This document shows positions 9,797 through 17,881 of a DNA stretch of 64,000 nt, in pieces. The position numbers were made by a program, and so were the translations under genes. The notes beneath the pieces were generated by a model. It saw only the letters and a list, made by a program, of their open reading frames with translations, was not told the DNA's origin and did no database searches. The stretch is taken from positions 1-64,000 of IMG/VR virus record IMGVR_UViG_3300009826_000020. One strand, 5' to 3'. The DNA is from a virus. Lineage: Duplodnaviria > Caudoviricetes. Each line of letters opens with the position of its first letter. Position 1 is the first letter of the stretch.

Positions 9797-10008
9797 CGTC
9801 CTGTTTGTTCGTAATAGCTCTGCTGGGTGACGGGGAGCTTCCTTCTCTGCTGCTGCTTCAGGATCGACTTGACCTGGTAGCGGTACTGCTGCTGGGGCGA
9901 AACAGCGGCCACGGCGGCGTGACGGGGCACGAACTTGGTCAGATTCGAGGAGTCCCTCCGCATGCCGTAGGCGTCATTGGAATTATCGCCCCTGATCCCC
10001 GTGGTCAC
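9793..10008 (-). CDS. hypothetical basic protein
   Basis: 71-aa ORF with 4-bp overlaps on both sides. Confidence 0.55.
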   Translation of the reverse strand: MTTGIRGDNSNDAYGMRRDSSNLTKFVPRHAAVAAVSPQQQYRYQVKSILKQQQRRKLPVTQQSYYEQTGR

Positions 10009-10325
10009 CGGTATTTGGCGTAGGCCCGGGCCGTCTTATTGTTACGGTCGGTGACCTTCATGGCATGGGCGGCAGCCTGGTCATTGGATGTTCCCGGCTT
10101 TTTCTTAGGGGCTTCCTTTGCTGTTATGGTCGGTGCTCCTCTCTCCCGTGCCTTTTTCGTGGCGTTCTGGAGGAGTTTTGCTCCTTTAGAGGTATAGCCT
10201 GGAACTTCATCTGACTTCTTGGCTGGTTGTTTCTTTGCTGGCGGCATATCCTTGGCCTCCTTTAAGACCTTTGCGACGAACTTCTGGTGAACGGGCTTCT
10301 GGGGGGGTGGCTTTTTCTCAGCCAC
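10005..10325 (-). CDS. Lys-rich small protein
   Basis: GTG start (AEKKPPPQKP...) overlapping upstream stop; ORF-track start at 10517 is probably too far upstream. Confidence 0.6.
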   Translation of the reverse strand: MAEKKPPPQKPVHQKFVAKVLKEAKDMPPAKKQPAKKSDEVPGYTSKGAKLLQNATKKARERGAPTITAKEAPKKKPGTSNDQAAAHAMKVTDRNNKTARAYAKYR

Positions 10326-10533
10326 GCTGGGTCGGATCGTCAGGATCCTTGGGGCGGGTCGATCCCTCATAGACTCCGTCGACCGCATCCTGCAGCTTGC
10401 TTCCATTAGCCGCCCCCCGAGGGTCCCCCCGACGGGGGATAGAGGCCAGGGGATTGTCGTGTGGGTTGCGACGGTCGTTCCAGAGGGTCTGGACGTCCAT
10501 GTAGGGGATCGGTTCATTCGGGATATTGGACAT
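10318..10533 (-). CDS. hypothetical protein
   Basis: 71-aa ORF in the coupled chain. Confidence 0.55.
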   Translation of the reverse strand: MSNIPNEPIPYMDVQTLWNDRRNPHDNPLASIPRRGDPRGAANGSKLQDAVDGVYEGSTRPKDPDDPTQRG

Positions 10534-11774
10534 CAGAACAACTTTCCTTGACGGCCAGGGCTGGGCTGCCTTACCCGAGCTTGCTGGACGGGGTTTAATA
10601 CTGATTCACTGGGAGGTTTTTGTACACCTTTGTATCGGCCCCGAGGTTTACTGCTGTAGGACGTGATTTTCTGTTCAAACCAGTGAACTGGTTGCGCTAC
10701 ATGGGCTGGTAGTCCACGTTGTTCACCAGCCTGTCTCAGGGTGTGGGAAGCGTAGAGGTTTAGTGCATCTATTTCTTGCCCAGGTTCAAAAGGATGAGGA
10801 ACTCTAAGGGTTTTGTTTGAGTGGCTTCCTGCCACGAGATCGGCTCTAGTGTCTTCTCCGAAATCCTTGATGCCTGCCGCCCCACGATATTCATGTCGAT
10901 CGATAACGGGATTGGCATCAGCTATCCTGGGGAATTCCTGTGCATCACCATAGGTGGGAGCCTTGACTGCCCAATCTGAAGCTGCTATTGCACTTCTAGC
11001 GGGCGTACCTTTATTTGTTTCACCTTTCACATCTAAGGGGTGGACTCCCTGGGTGGCCTGGGTCATGACTCTTGCAGCGTTGCGTGCCGTGGTGTGCGTA
11101 CCTCGACTATATGTCCCACCCTTGGAGAATTGCTCAGTGTCGGGGTCTGTCTGTAGGGCCTTCGCCACCGCTTCTGTTCGTTGAATATCCTCTTCGGGAG
11201 CAGTATTGTGACTCAGTGCTGCCCGCCCGTAATGGACCGAGGAGACATTCATGCCTAGGTGGGCGGCAAGCTCTCCACTCCTACGTTGGTCGGTCCCAGG
11301 TCCACCAGTGTAATAATCTTGACCTTCGGCAGAATTAGAGCCTCGGTTAGATGCACGGATGTAGGCATTGTCGAGGTCACGACCGTAGTTTTTGATCATG
11401 TCTGCCTCGGACACCCCAAGCCTTTTTTCTACGTAACTTCGTACTCTGTTCTGAGTCTCGAATGGTAGATCGGTGAATTTTGCCTGTCGCTTGAAATCCG
11501 TTGGATTGTTCTCAGGGCCTAGATCCAGTCGACCTTGTGTCTGTTGTTTCTCTAATTGTTGCTTCTGTGTGGGAAAATCTGCCCATTTGGGGTCTAACCA
11601 ACCGTGGGCTTCGTAGTCCTTTTTGTTGTACTCACCAGGCTCCTTGTCAAAGGCCCCCGGTATGCGTTCTGGCATAGGCAGCACTCGTGCTCTGCCTGTG
11701 CCACTCGCTCTCTGCACTACGTTTTGAGGCCCAGGAATATCATTGGTGGCAGCGGCTGTGTTTTTTCTTGCCAC
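10533..11774 (-). CDS. phage protein with DUF7178-like (helical glycosylase-like) domain
   Basis: YY...ELAAHLG...AALSHNT...NAARVM..G.HPLDV...VIDRH...R.AGEQRGLPAHVAQPVHW pattern; GTG start at 11774. Confidence 0.45.
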   Translation of the reverse strand: MARKNTAAATNDIPGPQNVVQRASGTGRARVLPMPERIPGAFDKEPGEYNKKDYEAHGWLDPKWADFPTQKQQLEKQQTQGRLDLGPENNPTDFKRQAKFTDLPFETQNRVRSYVEKRLGVSEADMIKNYGRDLDNAYIRASNRGSNSAEGQDYYTGGPGTDQRRSGELAAHLGMNVSSVHYGRAALSHNTAPEEDIQRTEAVAKALQTDPDTEQFSKGGTYSRGTHTTARNAARVMTQATQGVHPLDVKGETNKGTPARSAIAASDWAVKAPTYGDAQEFPRIADANPVIDRHEYRGAAGIKDFGEDTRADLVAGSHSNKTLRVPHPFEPGQEIDALNLYASHTLRQAGEQRGLPAHVAQPVHWFEQKITSYSSKPRGRYKGVQKPPSESVLNPVQQARVRQPSPGRQGKLF

Positions 11775-11776
11775 TT

Positions 11777-11992
11777 TTACATACTCCCTGTGGTGCCGTT
11801 GTCTGCCATTCCGCCGCCCTTCGACATCATGGGGGGAGGGATGCCGGGGGTCATATTTCCACTCCCATGGATATCGCCCCCATTGGGATTCACGCCCTGA
11901 GCATGGAGCACATTTATGTTCGTGGGCCGCCTGCCCTCCCACCGTCGATCATGGTGCAGGTCAGTGCGGGGGTTGGGAGGGGGATTCATCAC
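11777..11992 (-). CDS. small Gly/Pro-rich protein
   Basis: 71 aa; contains NPRTDLHHDRRWEG. Confidence 0.6.
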   Translation of the reverse strand: MMNPPPNPRTDLHHDRRWEGRRPTNINVLHAQGVNPNGGDIHGSGNMTPGIPPPMMSKGGGMADNGTTGSM

Positions 11993-12360
11993 CCTCCCGG
12001 TAGCTCGGTCATCCTCGAATAGGAGCCACGGGCATTGGCCTGACGATTCTGCTCATTCCTCTTGTCGGCCATCCTGTCCCATACGTTGTAATTATCCGTA
12101 GGGGTTTTCCGTTTGCCCTCACTGCGCCGGTCATGGTGGAGATCAGGGCGGGGATTGGCGTAGGAGCCACCGAGCGCTGATCCAGGTTGACCGGCGGGCA
12201 CGGTCTTGGGCTGGTGCCCACCCCCGTAAAACATGCCAGCGCCAGATGCGATATCCGGGTCCTGTAGATGGAGGTTGGCCCGTGCAGTCTCACCTTTAGG
12301 GGACAGCCGTGGGCTTCTTCCCTTGGGGCCGGGAAAGCCTGCCGGGGATTTAACCATCAT
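11989..12360 (-). CDS. small Gly/Pro-rich protein
   Basis: 123 aa; contains NPRPDLHHDRRSEG. Confidence 0.6.
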   Translation of the reverse strand: MMVKSPAGFPGPKGRSPRLSPKGETARANLHLQDPDIASGAGMFYGGGHQPKTVPAGQPGSALGGSYANPRPDLHHDRRSEGKRKTPTDNYNVWDRMADKRNEQNRQANARGSYSRMTELPGG

Positions 12361-12367
12361 GTCCTCC

Positions 12368-12985
12368 TTACTTCGGAGGACGATGCCCCCGACTTCCTAC
12401 TGGCAGTGAGATGGCATCCTCTGGTGTCCAGCCGACATGAATCCGATCCCAGATCGTTTGGTATTTCACCTTGCATCGAGGATCGGCAATCCACTCGATC
12501 ATGAGCTTGGTTTCGCCCCAAGCGGTTATTTTTCTGACAGACCGGCTGTTGCGCCGGTTTTCCCAGCGGAGAATCCACTGGCAATTTTTTGGTGAGTATG
12601 GACCGTCGTTGTCGACTCGGTCTATCTCCAGCCCATCCTCGTAACCATTCGCCCTCGCCCACATCGCGAACGGTTCGTACTGCTGCCACTCGGGATCGAG
12701 CGTGATGCCTCGCCCGCCGTAGTTCTTCCACGATTTGTTCTTGGGATTCGTGCAGCGTTGCTTGATGGCGCACCACACATACCACAGGGAAGTCCGAGCT
12801 TCGCCGTGCGTAGTGGCTGTCTGACCAGCCCGTTTCTTTTGTAGGCAGCCGCAGGACTGACTGTGGCCGTTGTAGAGGTTGTAGACGAAGACCTCCCGCT
12901 CCATCCCGCACCGGCATCGACACAGGACGTGGGTCGACCGTGACCCGACACCGATCACGGTCCAGTAGCCGTAGTGCTGTAGCAT
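12368..12985 (-). CDS. free-standing HNH-type homing endonuclease
   Basis: CRCRCG..SCGC, NYGGRGI, IDRVDNDGPYSPKNCQW motifs; own extended -10 (TGCTAACCT). Confidence 0.85.
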   Translation of the reverse strand: MLQHYGYWTVIGVGSRSTHVLCRCRCGMEREVFVYNLYNGHSQSCGCLQKKRAGQTATTHGEARTSLWYVWCAIKQRCTNPKNKSWKNYGGRGITLDPEWQQYEPFAMWARANGYEDGLEIDRVDNDGPYSPKNCQWILRWENRRNSRSVRKITAWGETKLMIEWIADPRCKVKYQTIWDRIHVGWTPEDAISLPVGSRGHRPPK

Positions 12986-13020
12986 GCATGGAGGTTAGCA
13001 CAGTCTGAAGAAGGAACTAC

Positions 13021-13422
13021 CTAGTCGGTGACAACCTCAGGGGCACGGCGCTTCTGTATCATGCCGTTTCTCACTACTTCCTCAAATCTTATTTCAGCTT
13101 GGTCTGTAAATGACCCATGGGCAAATTCGCCCAGCATCGTGGGTGCGTCGATCCACGCCGCTGAGCCGACATGCGACCTCTCGGCCATCGTCTCCTCAGG
13201 CATTTTGAACTGGGTATTCGGATCGACATGGTTGATCCGCCCAGGAGCGGACACCATGAATTCGATCATGCCCCGCTGAAAATCGTTCGGGACATCGGTA
13301 TCGGTCGAGACACCTTCCTCGAAACGCAGTGGCCCCCGCCCTCCGGGCTGGTTCGGACCCATGGTGCGGTCATAGGAATAGGTGCCCCTCTCGGGGAACT
13401 GTGGCTCGGGTCCAATGGACAT
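13021..13422 (-). CDS. conserved hypothetical head-region protein
   Basis: GPLRFEEGVSTDTDVPNDF...ERSHVGSAAWIDAPTML; GAGGAGG SD. Confidence 0.7.
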   Translation of the reverse strand: MSIGPEPQFPERGTYSYDRTMGPNQPGGRGPLRFEEGVSTDTDVPNDFQRGMIEFMVSAPGRINHVDPNTQFKMPEETMAERSHVGSAAWIDAPTMLGEFAHGSFTDQAEIRFEEVVRNGMIQKRRAPEVVTD

Positions 13423-13478
13423 AGGTACCTCCTCGTATTGAATAGAGGCTAGGTCAATGTCCTAGTACCCTTGCGTGC

Positions 13479-13814
13479 ATGGCAGACGGTGATGACCAGG
13501 ATGATGGCCAACAGGCCCCGTCGAATTCCCCAACCGGGAGCGCAGCGGCCACCTGGGCGCATCAGACCTCAATGTGGCGAGCTTCAGGGGACCCGAGCTT
13601 GAAGGCACCGGGCGGATTTTCTGGGTCCTCGATGACCGGGCAACCGGCCAAAAAGCCTACGCCCTCAGGCGGATTTTCCGAGAGTTCGATCATGGGTGGG
13701 GGTCATGGATACCCCAATGCTGGGGCACCTATCAGGGAAAATCCTGGGTGGCAGAAGGGGTTGGGGAGCAGGAACGATAGAGCTTGGGTGTTCAGCCAGC
13801 GTTATCGCCATTAG
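13479..13814 (+). CDS. low-complexity protein, antisense to the head operon
   Basis: 111 aa; TACCCT 7 nt upstream of ATG; converges on the terminase stop. Confidence 0.5.
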   Translation: MADGDDQDDGQQAPSNSPTGSAAATWAHQTSMWRASGDPSLKAPGGFSGSSMTGQPAKKPTPSGGFSESSIMGGGHGYPNAGAPIRENPGWQKGLGSRNDRAWVFSQRYRH

Positions 13815-15445
13815 GCCGTTCGGCGGCGGGTCGCCGCCCGTGCCCTCTTCGCAGACGCCACCCACGGGGTCGCCTGGACCTCGACCTCAGGGATCATCAT
13901 CTGCTGGCTCATGATCGTGGCGCACGCCAGGGAGTCGACGTAGTCATCGTGGACACCGGCCTCGTCGGGGGCCGAGACGAGCATGTGCGCCCCTTTGTAG
14001 ACCTTCTCGACGTCGATCATCTGCTGGTGAAAACGCCGCCACACACGGGTTTTCTTCGTTCTGGGGGCGGCGGGCCAGGAGATCAGGCCCCGTTGTAGTA
14101 GCTGTTGGAGGTGCTTCCACCGGGCCGACTGATCGGGCAGGTTCGAGGACAGGGGTTCAACCTGGATGCGAGGAAGCAGCCTTTTTAGCCTATCGGCTGC
14201 CACATCGCCCACTCCCTGGGCATCCACGCCACAGGACACGATGGAATAGTTGGAGAAAAAATCCACGATACGAAAATATTGGTCTTCCCACTCCTCGCCG
14301 TGCATCTCCAACCAGTTGAGGATCCGGCAGTCGTACAGGCCCAATTCATCGGGCCGGTCCCAGTCGACCCAGAGAACCGTTGCCACCGTCGAGTCCATCT
14401 TGCGGGCAAAATCTATGCCAGCGACCAGGGCACTGCGAAAATACGCAGGCACGATGGGCATCGTAGAGTCACCGAGTTCGTCCATTCGACTCTCAGTGAT
14501 GAGCATGCCTCGCTCAAGGAGCCACTCCAGCCGGTAATTGAGCCGGAATTCATCGGAGTCCTCTCCAATTCGCATCGCCTCACCACGGATGTAAGCGGCG
14601 TAATTGCGGTTGTACCGGGCGCAATATCTCCAGTCGAAGCGGAAATGGTTTTTCCTCCCCCCACGTCGTAGCTCCTCACGGCGGTTGTGCATGATCGTCT
14701 TGTAGAACACGCCCTTGACGATGTCGGGCGTACCCGTCATCACGGTGGTCGCCAGGTAGAAGGCCCCCATGGGGGTGATGGACTTGTTGAGCACGTACTC
14801 GTCCACCGACTGGGACTCATCGACAAAAATCACATGGTAGGACTTCGACTCGATTTTTGCCCGAGGGTTGGCCGTCTGCATGGCGCAAAAACTGCCGCAT
14901 TTTTTCAGCCGTACACGCCGGGACCCGGGCTTCACCTGATCATCGATCTCGGGATCTTCGAGGATCTCCAGGGCACGGTCAGAGGTCAGCCGGTCGACCA
15001 CCCGCCCGAAGAGCGTCTCTACCTGCTGCTCCACCGGGGCGAAGCAGCCGATCATCACGCCCTCTCTGAACTTCTGGAGCGGCTCGAACTCCGGGAACAT
15101 CTCGGCCAGGCGGGGCAGGAGCACCATCAGGCTGGCGGCGACGTTGGCGACCACCTCGGTCTTGCCTGACTGCCGGGAGAGTTCGCCGGTAATGGTGGCC
15201 CCGTCGCCGGAGACGACGCTCTCAATGATGCGCCGCCCGAGTGCCTCCTGGTAAGGGAACATCTGAACGCCAGAGAAACTTAAGGTGAACTGCCAGATCT
15301 GGTCGGTGATCCGGTCCACGAACTGCTGGCTGGCGGGGTCCAGTTCAGGGGGGGCGTACTGCTCTAGCTCGTCGGAGACCTCCTCATCGCCTTCTCCCAC
15401 AAGGTCTTCTGCCATGTCGAGGCCGGGTTCGTCCACGAACGTCAT
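13811..15445 (-). CDS. terL: terminase large subunit
   Basis: Walker A SRQSGKTE, Walker B VIFVDESQ, RNase H-like AGIDFARK ... HDDYVDSL. Confidence 0.93.
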   Translation of the reverse strand: MTFVDEPGLDMAEDLVGEGDEEVSDELEQYAPPELDPASQQFVDRITDQIWQFTLSFSGVQMFPYQEALGRRIIESVVSGDGATITGELSRQSGKTEVVANVAASLMVLLPRLAEMFPEFEPLQKFREGVMIGCFAPVEQQVETLFGRVVDRLTSDRALEILEDPEIDDQVKPGSRRVRLKKCGSFCAMQTANPRAKIESKSYHVIFVDESQSVDEYVLNKSITPMGAFYLATTVMTGTPDIVKGVFYKTIMHNRREELRRGGRKNHFRFDWRYCARYNRNYAAYIRGEAMRIGEDSDEFRLNYRLEWLLERGMLITESRMDELGDSTMPIVPAYFRSALVAGIDFARKMDSTVATVLWVDWDRPDELGLYDCRILNWLEMHGEEWEDQYFRIVDFFSNYSIVSCGVDAQGVGDVAADRLKRLLPRIQVEPLSSNLPDQSARWKHLQQLLQRGLISWPAAPRTKKTRVWRRFHQQMIDVEKVYKGAHMLVSAPDEAGVHDDYVDSLACATIMSQQMMIPEVEVQATPWVASAKRARAATRRRTA

Positions 15446-15482
15446 GGCCCTCCAGCCTAGATCCCTGGGTCCTCCGTCCCCT

Positions 15483-15613
15483 GGTTGTCCACAGGCTGTG
15501 GGTAGAGGACCGATGGTCAGTGAGGTTAGGTGAGCCTCAGTGAGGTCAGGTGATGTTTACCTGTGGACAACCTCGTATTCATTGCACCCTTTACGACCAC
15601 CTTCTGTGGACAA
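15483..15613. promoter_or_regulatory. candidate replication origin: DnaA boxes plus 20-bp-spaced direct repeats
   Basis: TTGTCCACA at 15485 (+), 15562 and 15605 (-); TCAGTGAGGT(T/C)AGGTGA at 15517 and 15537; lies in the divergent gap before the initiator gene. Confidence 0.65.
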
Positions 15614-15622
15614 CATTGCCTC

Positions 15623-15628
15623 TTGACA
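15623..15628 (+). promoter_or_regulatory. -35 box (TTGACA) upstream of the replication operon
   Basis: perfect TTGACA; the matching -10 is weak (CATTGT at 17-nt spacing). Confidence 0.35.
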
Positions 15629-15734
15629 CTGAGTTGGTACGGGGGCATTGTCCCCGGTTACCGCTTCATCGGGGAGCGGCTGGACAGACGACTTCGGCCC
15701 CCGGAGGGGCCTTTTAGACCGGAGGTATGGCTGC

Positions 15735-16478
15735 GTGGACAAAGCCCTACTACCTGCTTGCTCTGAATTGGGTGAGACACCTGAGCACCGGCTCCTGTAC
15801 TGGATGAGCACCCACTGCACCACCAGGGGTCTGGTGAGGGGGGACTTCGATGACATGAGGCGGATGCATGAGGTGAGGCATTTGCAGGATGCTGGGTATA
15901 TCCAGCGGATAACCGGAGAGGATGGTTCCAGTTACCGGTGGAAGGTGCTCTCACCCTGCCCTGGGCTAGAAATTTCACCCGTCTCACCAGGACTTTCCCA
16001 GAAAGATTCCCCAGTGGCACATGGGCGAAGCCCGGAGCGGAGTAGTCTAGTCGCCTCAGCGACTGGATTACGGAGCGTAACGAGCGGAGGTGGAGGCCCC
16101 GAAGGGGCCGGAACCTCAGCGACTGCTTCTAAGGTTTTTTGGCACCCCTTTGCCCAAAATCAGAAAAAAATCCGCCCAGAGGTTCGGTTAGCCAAAGAGG
16201 TTTTTTGTGGCCTTGTCCATATGGACAGGCACACCCACGAAGTTGGGGCATTAGTCGGGAACCTTCGGCTCTGGCATGACCAGGACGGCTATGAATGGGA
16301 GTTCATAGAGCGGATGATGAGGGAGTTCTCCAGGCATCCTGAGTGGTATCGGGGCAAGACCACGCCCTGGAAGGTTTTCGTCTCCAAGCGTCCCCGACTA
16401 GCGGAGCTAGTGGTAGCTCGTCAGCAGAAGGATCCCGGTAGCCGTGAGAACGCTGGCATTGTCTGGTGGGCGGTATGA
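15735..16478 (+). CDS. putative replication initiator
   Basis: wHTH-like N-part, low-complexity linker, helical C-part; directly upstream of DnaC-like loader and DnaB; GGAGG SD before GTG 15735. Confidence 0.55.
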   Translation: MDKALLPACSELGETPEHRLLYWMSTHCTTRGLVRGDFDDMRRMHEVRHLQDAGYIQRITGEDGSSYRWKVLSPCPGLEISPVSPGLSQKDSPVAHGRSPERSSLVASATGLRSVTSGGGGPEGAGTSATASKVFWHPFAQNQKKIRPEVRLAKEVFCGLVHMDRHTHEVGALVGNLRLWHDQDGYEWEFIERMMREFSRHPEWYRGKTTPWKVFVSKRPRLAELVVARQQKDPGSRENAGIVWWAV

Positions 16479-16891
16479 GCCGCCCTCGGCCCCGAGCAGG
16501 TTATCCACAGCATGTCCCCCCTCTGTGGATAACCGCCCCCGCCACCGAGGACTTCAAGTCCGACCCCAGGTGCCGGTGCATCGGCAAGCAGCACCTCTAC
16601 TTCGATGACTCCATCGAGGCCCTCGCCGCCTGTCAGGCCCTGTGCGCCTCCTGTCCCTTGTTCCAGCCCTGCACCCGCTGGACCTTGCAGAATTACAAGC
16701 TCCAGCCCTTCGGTATTTTCGCCGGTCTGACCGAGCACGTCCGGGCGAGAATCTTCTATGGGGCAGAGGAGTGGTACGACTGGCGCACCGACTGGCGTCA
16801 GCGTTACGCAAAAAAGCTCATCAAGCGCCGTTACCATGCGGCTGAATTGAGGAGAGGTAATGAAAAGGGTTTTTCTACCGTACAGGGGTAA
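16475..16891 (+). CDS. whiB: WhiB-family transcription factor
   Basis: C...CASC.....C plus GIFAGLT turn. Confidence 0.75.
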   Translation: MSRPRPRAGYPQHVPPLWITAPATEDFKSDPRCRCIGKQHLYFDDSIEALAACQALCASCPLFQPCTRWTLQNYKLQPFGIFAGLTEHVRARIFYGAEEWYDWRTDWRQRYAKKLIKRRYHAAELRRGNEKGFSTVQG

Positions 16892-17456
16892 GGGCCTGGA
16901 TAACTTCGACATCCTTAACCCTATTCTGCAGGATGCTGTGGATAAGGTGAAAACCTATGTTGTGGATTGGGGAGCGGCGGATGGGCTACCAGAAGGGTTC
17001 GGTATCATTTTTGTAGGTCCGAGTGGTGTTGGGAAGACTCGTCTTGCATGCTATGTGCTAGAGGCCATGGCTGCCAAAGGTGCCCAGATTGAGTGTATAG
17101 AGGTCAGTTCCTATGTTGGCTTGCACCAGGATGCATGGAGTCGTCAGCGGGCTGAGCAGTGGGAGGAATGGGCCGAGGTCAAAGAGCACCTTGACTTCAT
17201 CCGAAATCGTGCTCGGTTTCTGCTCCTTGATGACCTGGGTCGGGAACATGAATCCGTCTCTGGGTGGTCAAACGAGCAGATGTTTGATCTTCTGCGCTAC
17301 CGGTGGAACCGAGGAAAGCCTACCATCATCACTACGAATCTTCCCTATCAGTCCCTGACAGATCGTTACACTGAGGGTTTTACGAGTTTTCTCAGTGAAA
17401 TCACGATACCAATTGTCATGGAGGGGGAGGACTACCGACGCAAAAAGGGCAGCTAG
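16860..17456 (+). CDS. DnaC/IstB-like helicase loader ATPase
   Basis: GPSGVGKT, LLLDDLG, TIITTN. Confidence 0.9.
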   Translation: MKRVFLPYRGKGLDNFDILNPILQDAVDKVKTYVVDWGAADGLPEGFGIIFVGPSGVGKTRLACYVLEAMAAKGAQIECIEVSSYVGLHQDAWSRQRAEQWEEWAEVKEHLDFIRNRARFLLLDDLGREHESVSGWSNEQMFDLLRYRWNRGKPTIITTNLPYQSLTDRYTEGFTSFLSEITIPIVMEGEDYRRKKGS

Positions 17457-17476
17457 GTACCGCTGTTGAGCGGCGT

Positions 17477-17881
17477 ATGATTTTCGTCTGGGAGGGGGCG
17501 GTTGCCTCTCTCCCAGGTGGTCATGCGGTCAAAATCCTCGAGGATTTCAAGCGGCGCATGGGTTTATTCGATGCAGCCGTCAGCTATTGGCAGGTTCATC
17601 CGAACGCTCTTTCATGGATGTGGACGATTTTGGCCCGGACAGAATTCCGTATCGATCTCTGTGTCACCAGCCGTCAACCTCAATTCGCCGCCGCAGTGGC
17701 CCGGAAAAGCGAGCGGGAGAACTGGCCTATACGGTATGTCTTCGCTGAATCCGCTGAAGTATTGGGGCGTCGACTCCCCCAGATGCCCGATGTCGAGCGT
17801 GTTATCTACGCTCTCGACTCCCAACGATGGGCCTTTGGTCCGAGAGGTATTCACGTTCCTACGGCTGGACAGGTGGTGTAA
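17477..17881 (+). CDS. hypothetical (HAD-like fold possible)
   Basis: 134-aa ORF in the replication operon. Confidence 0.55.
   Translation: MIFVWEGAVASLPGGHAVKILEDFKRRMGLFDAAVSYWQVHPNALSWMWTILARTEFRIDLCVTSRQPQFAAAVARKSERENWPIRYVFAESAEVLGRRLPQMPDVERVIYALDSQRWAFGPRGIHVPTAGQVV

Noticed and set aside
12357-13001. Long alternative-frame ORFs (also 1750-2580, 32712-33770, 39608-40348, 44468-45532, 51320-52090)
   Set aside because: Shadow frames of well-supported genes in high-GC DNA, with no recognisable motifs or start signals.
13611-13678. GGATTTT heptamers as further -1 sites
   Set aside because: They are phased GGA_TTT_T in the ORF, not G_GAT_TTT, and no useful -1 ORF follows; they do show the heptamer occurs by chance.
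11777-13814. Small repeat-bearing peptides as RiPP precursors
   Set aside because: No adjacent tailoring enzyme or transporter; the oxygenase is 30 kb away in another operon.
15517-15553. Direct repeats as a mini CRISPR array
   Set aside because: Only two 17-bp units separated by 3 nt; no spacer-length sequence.
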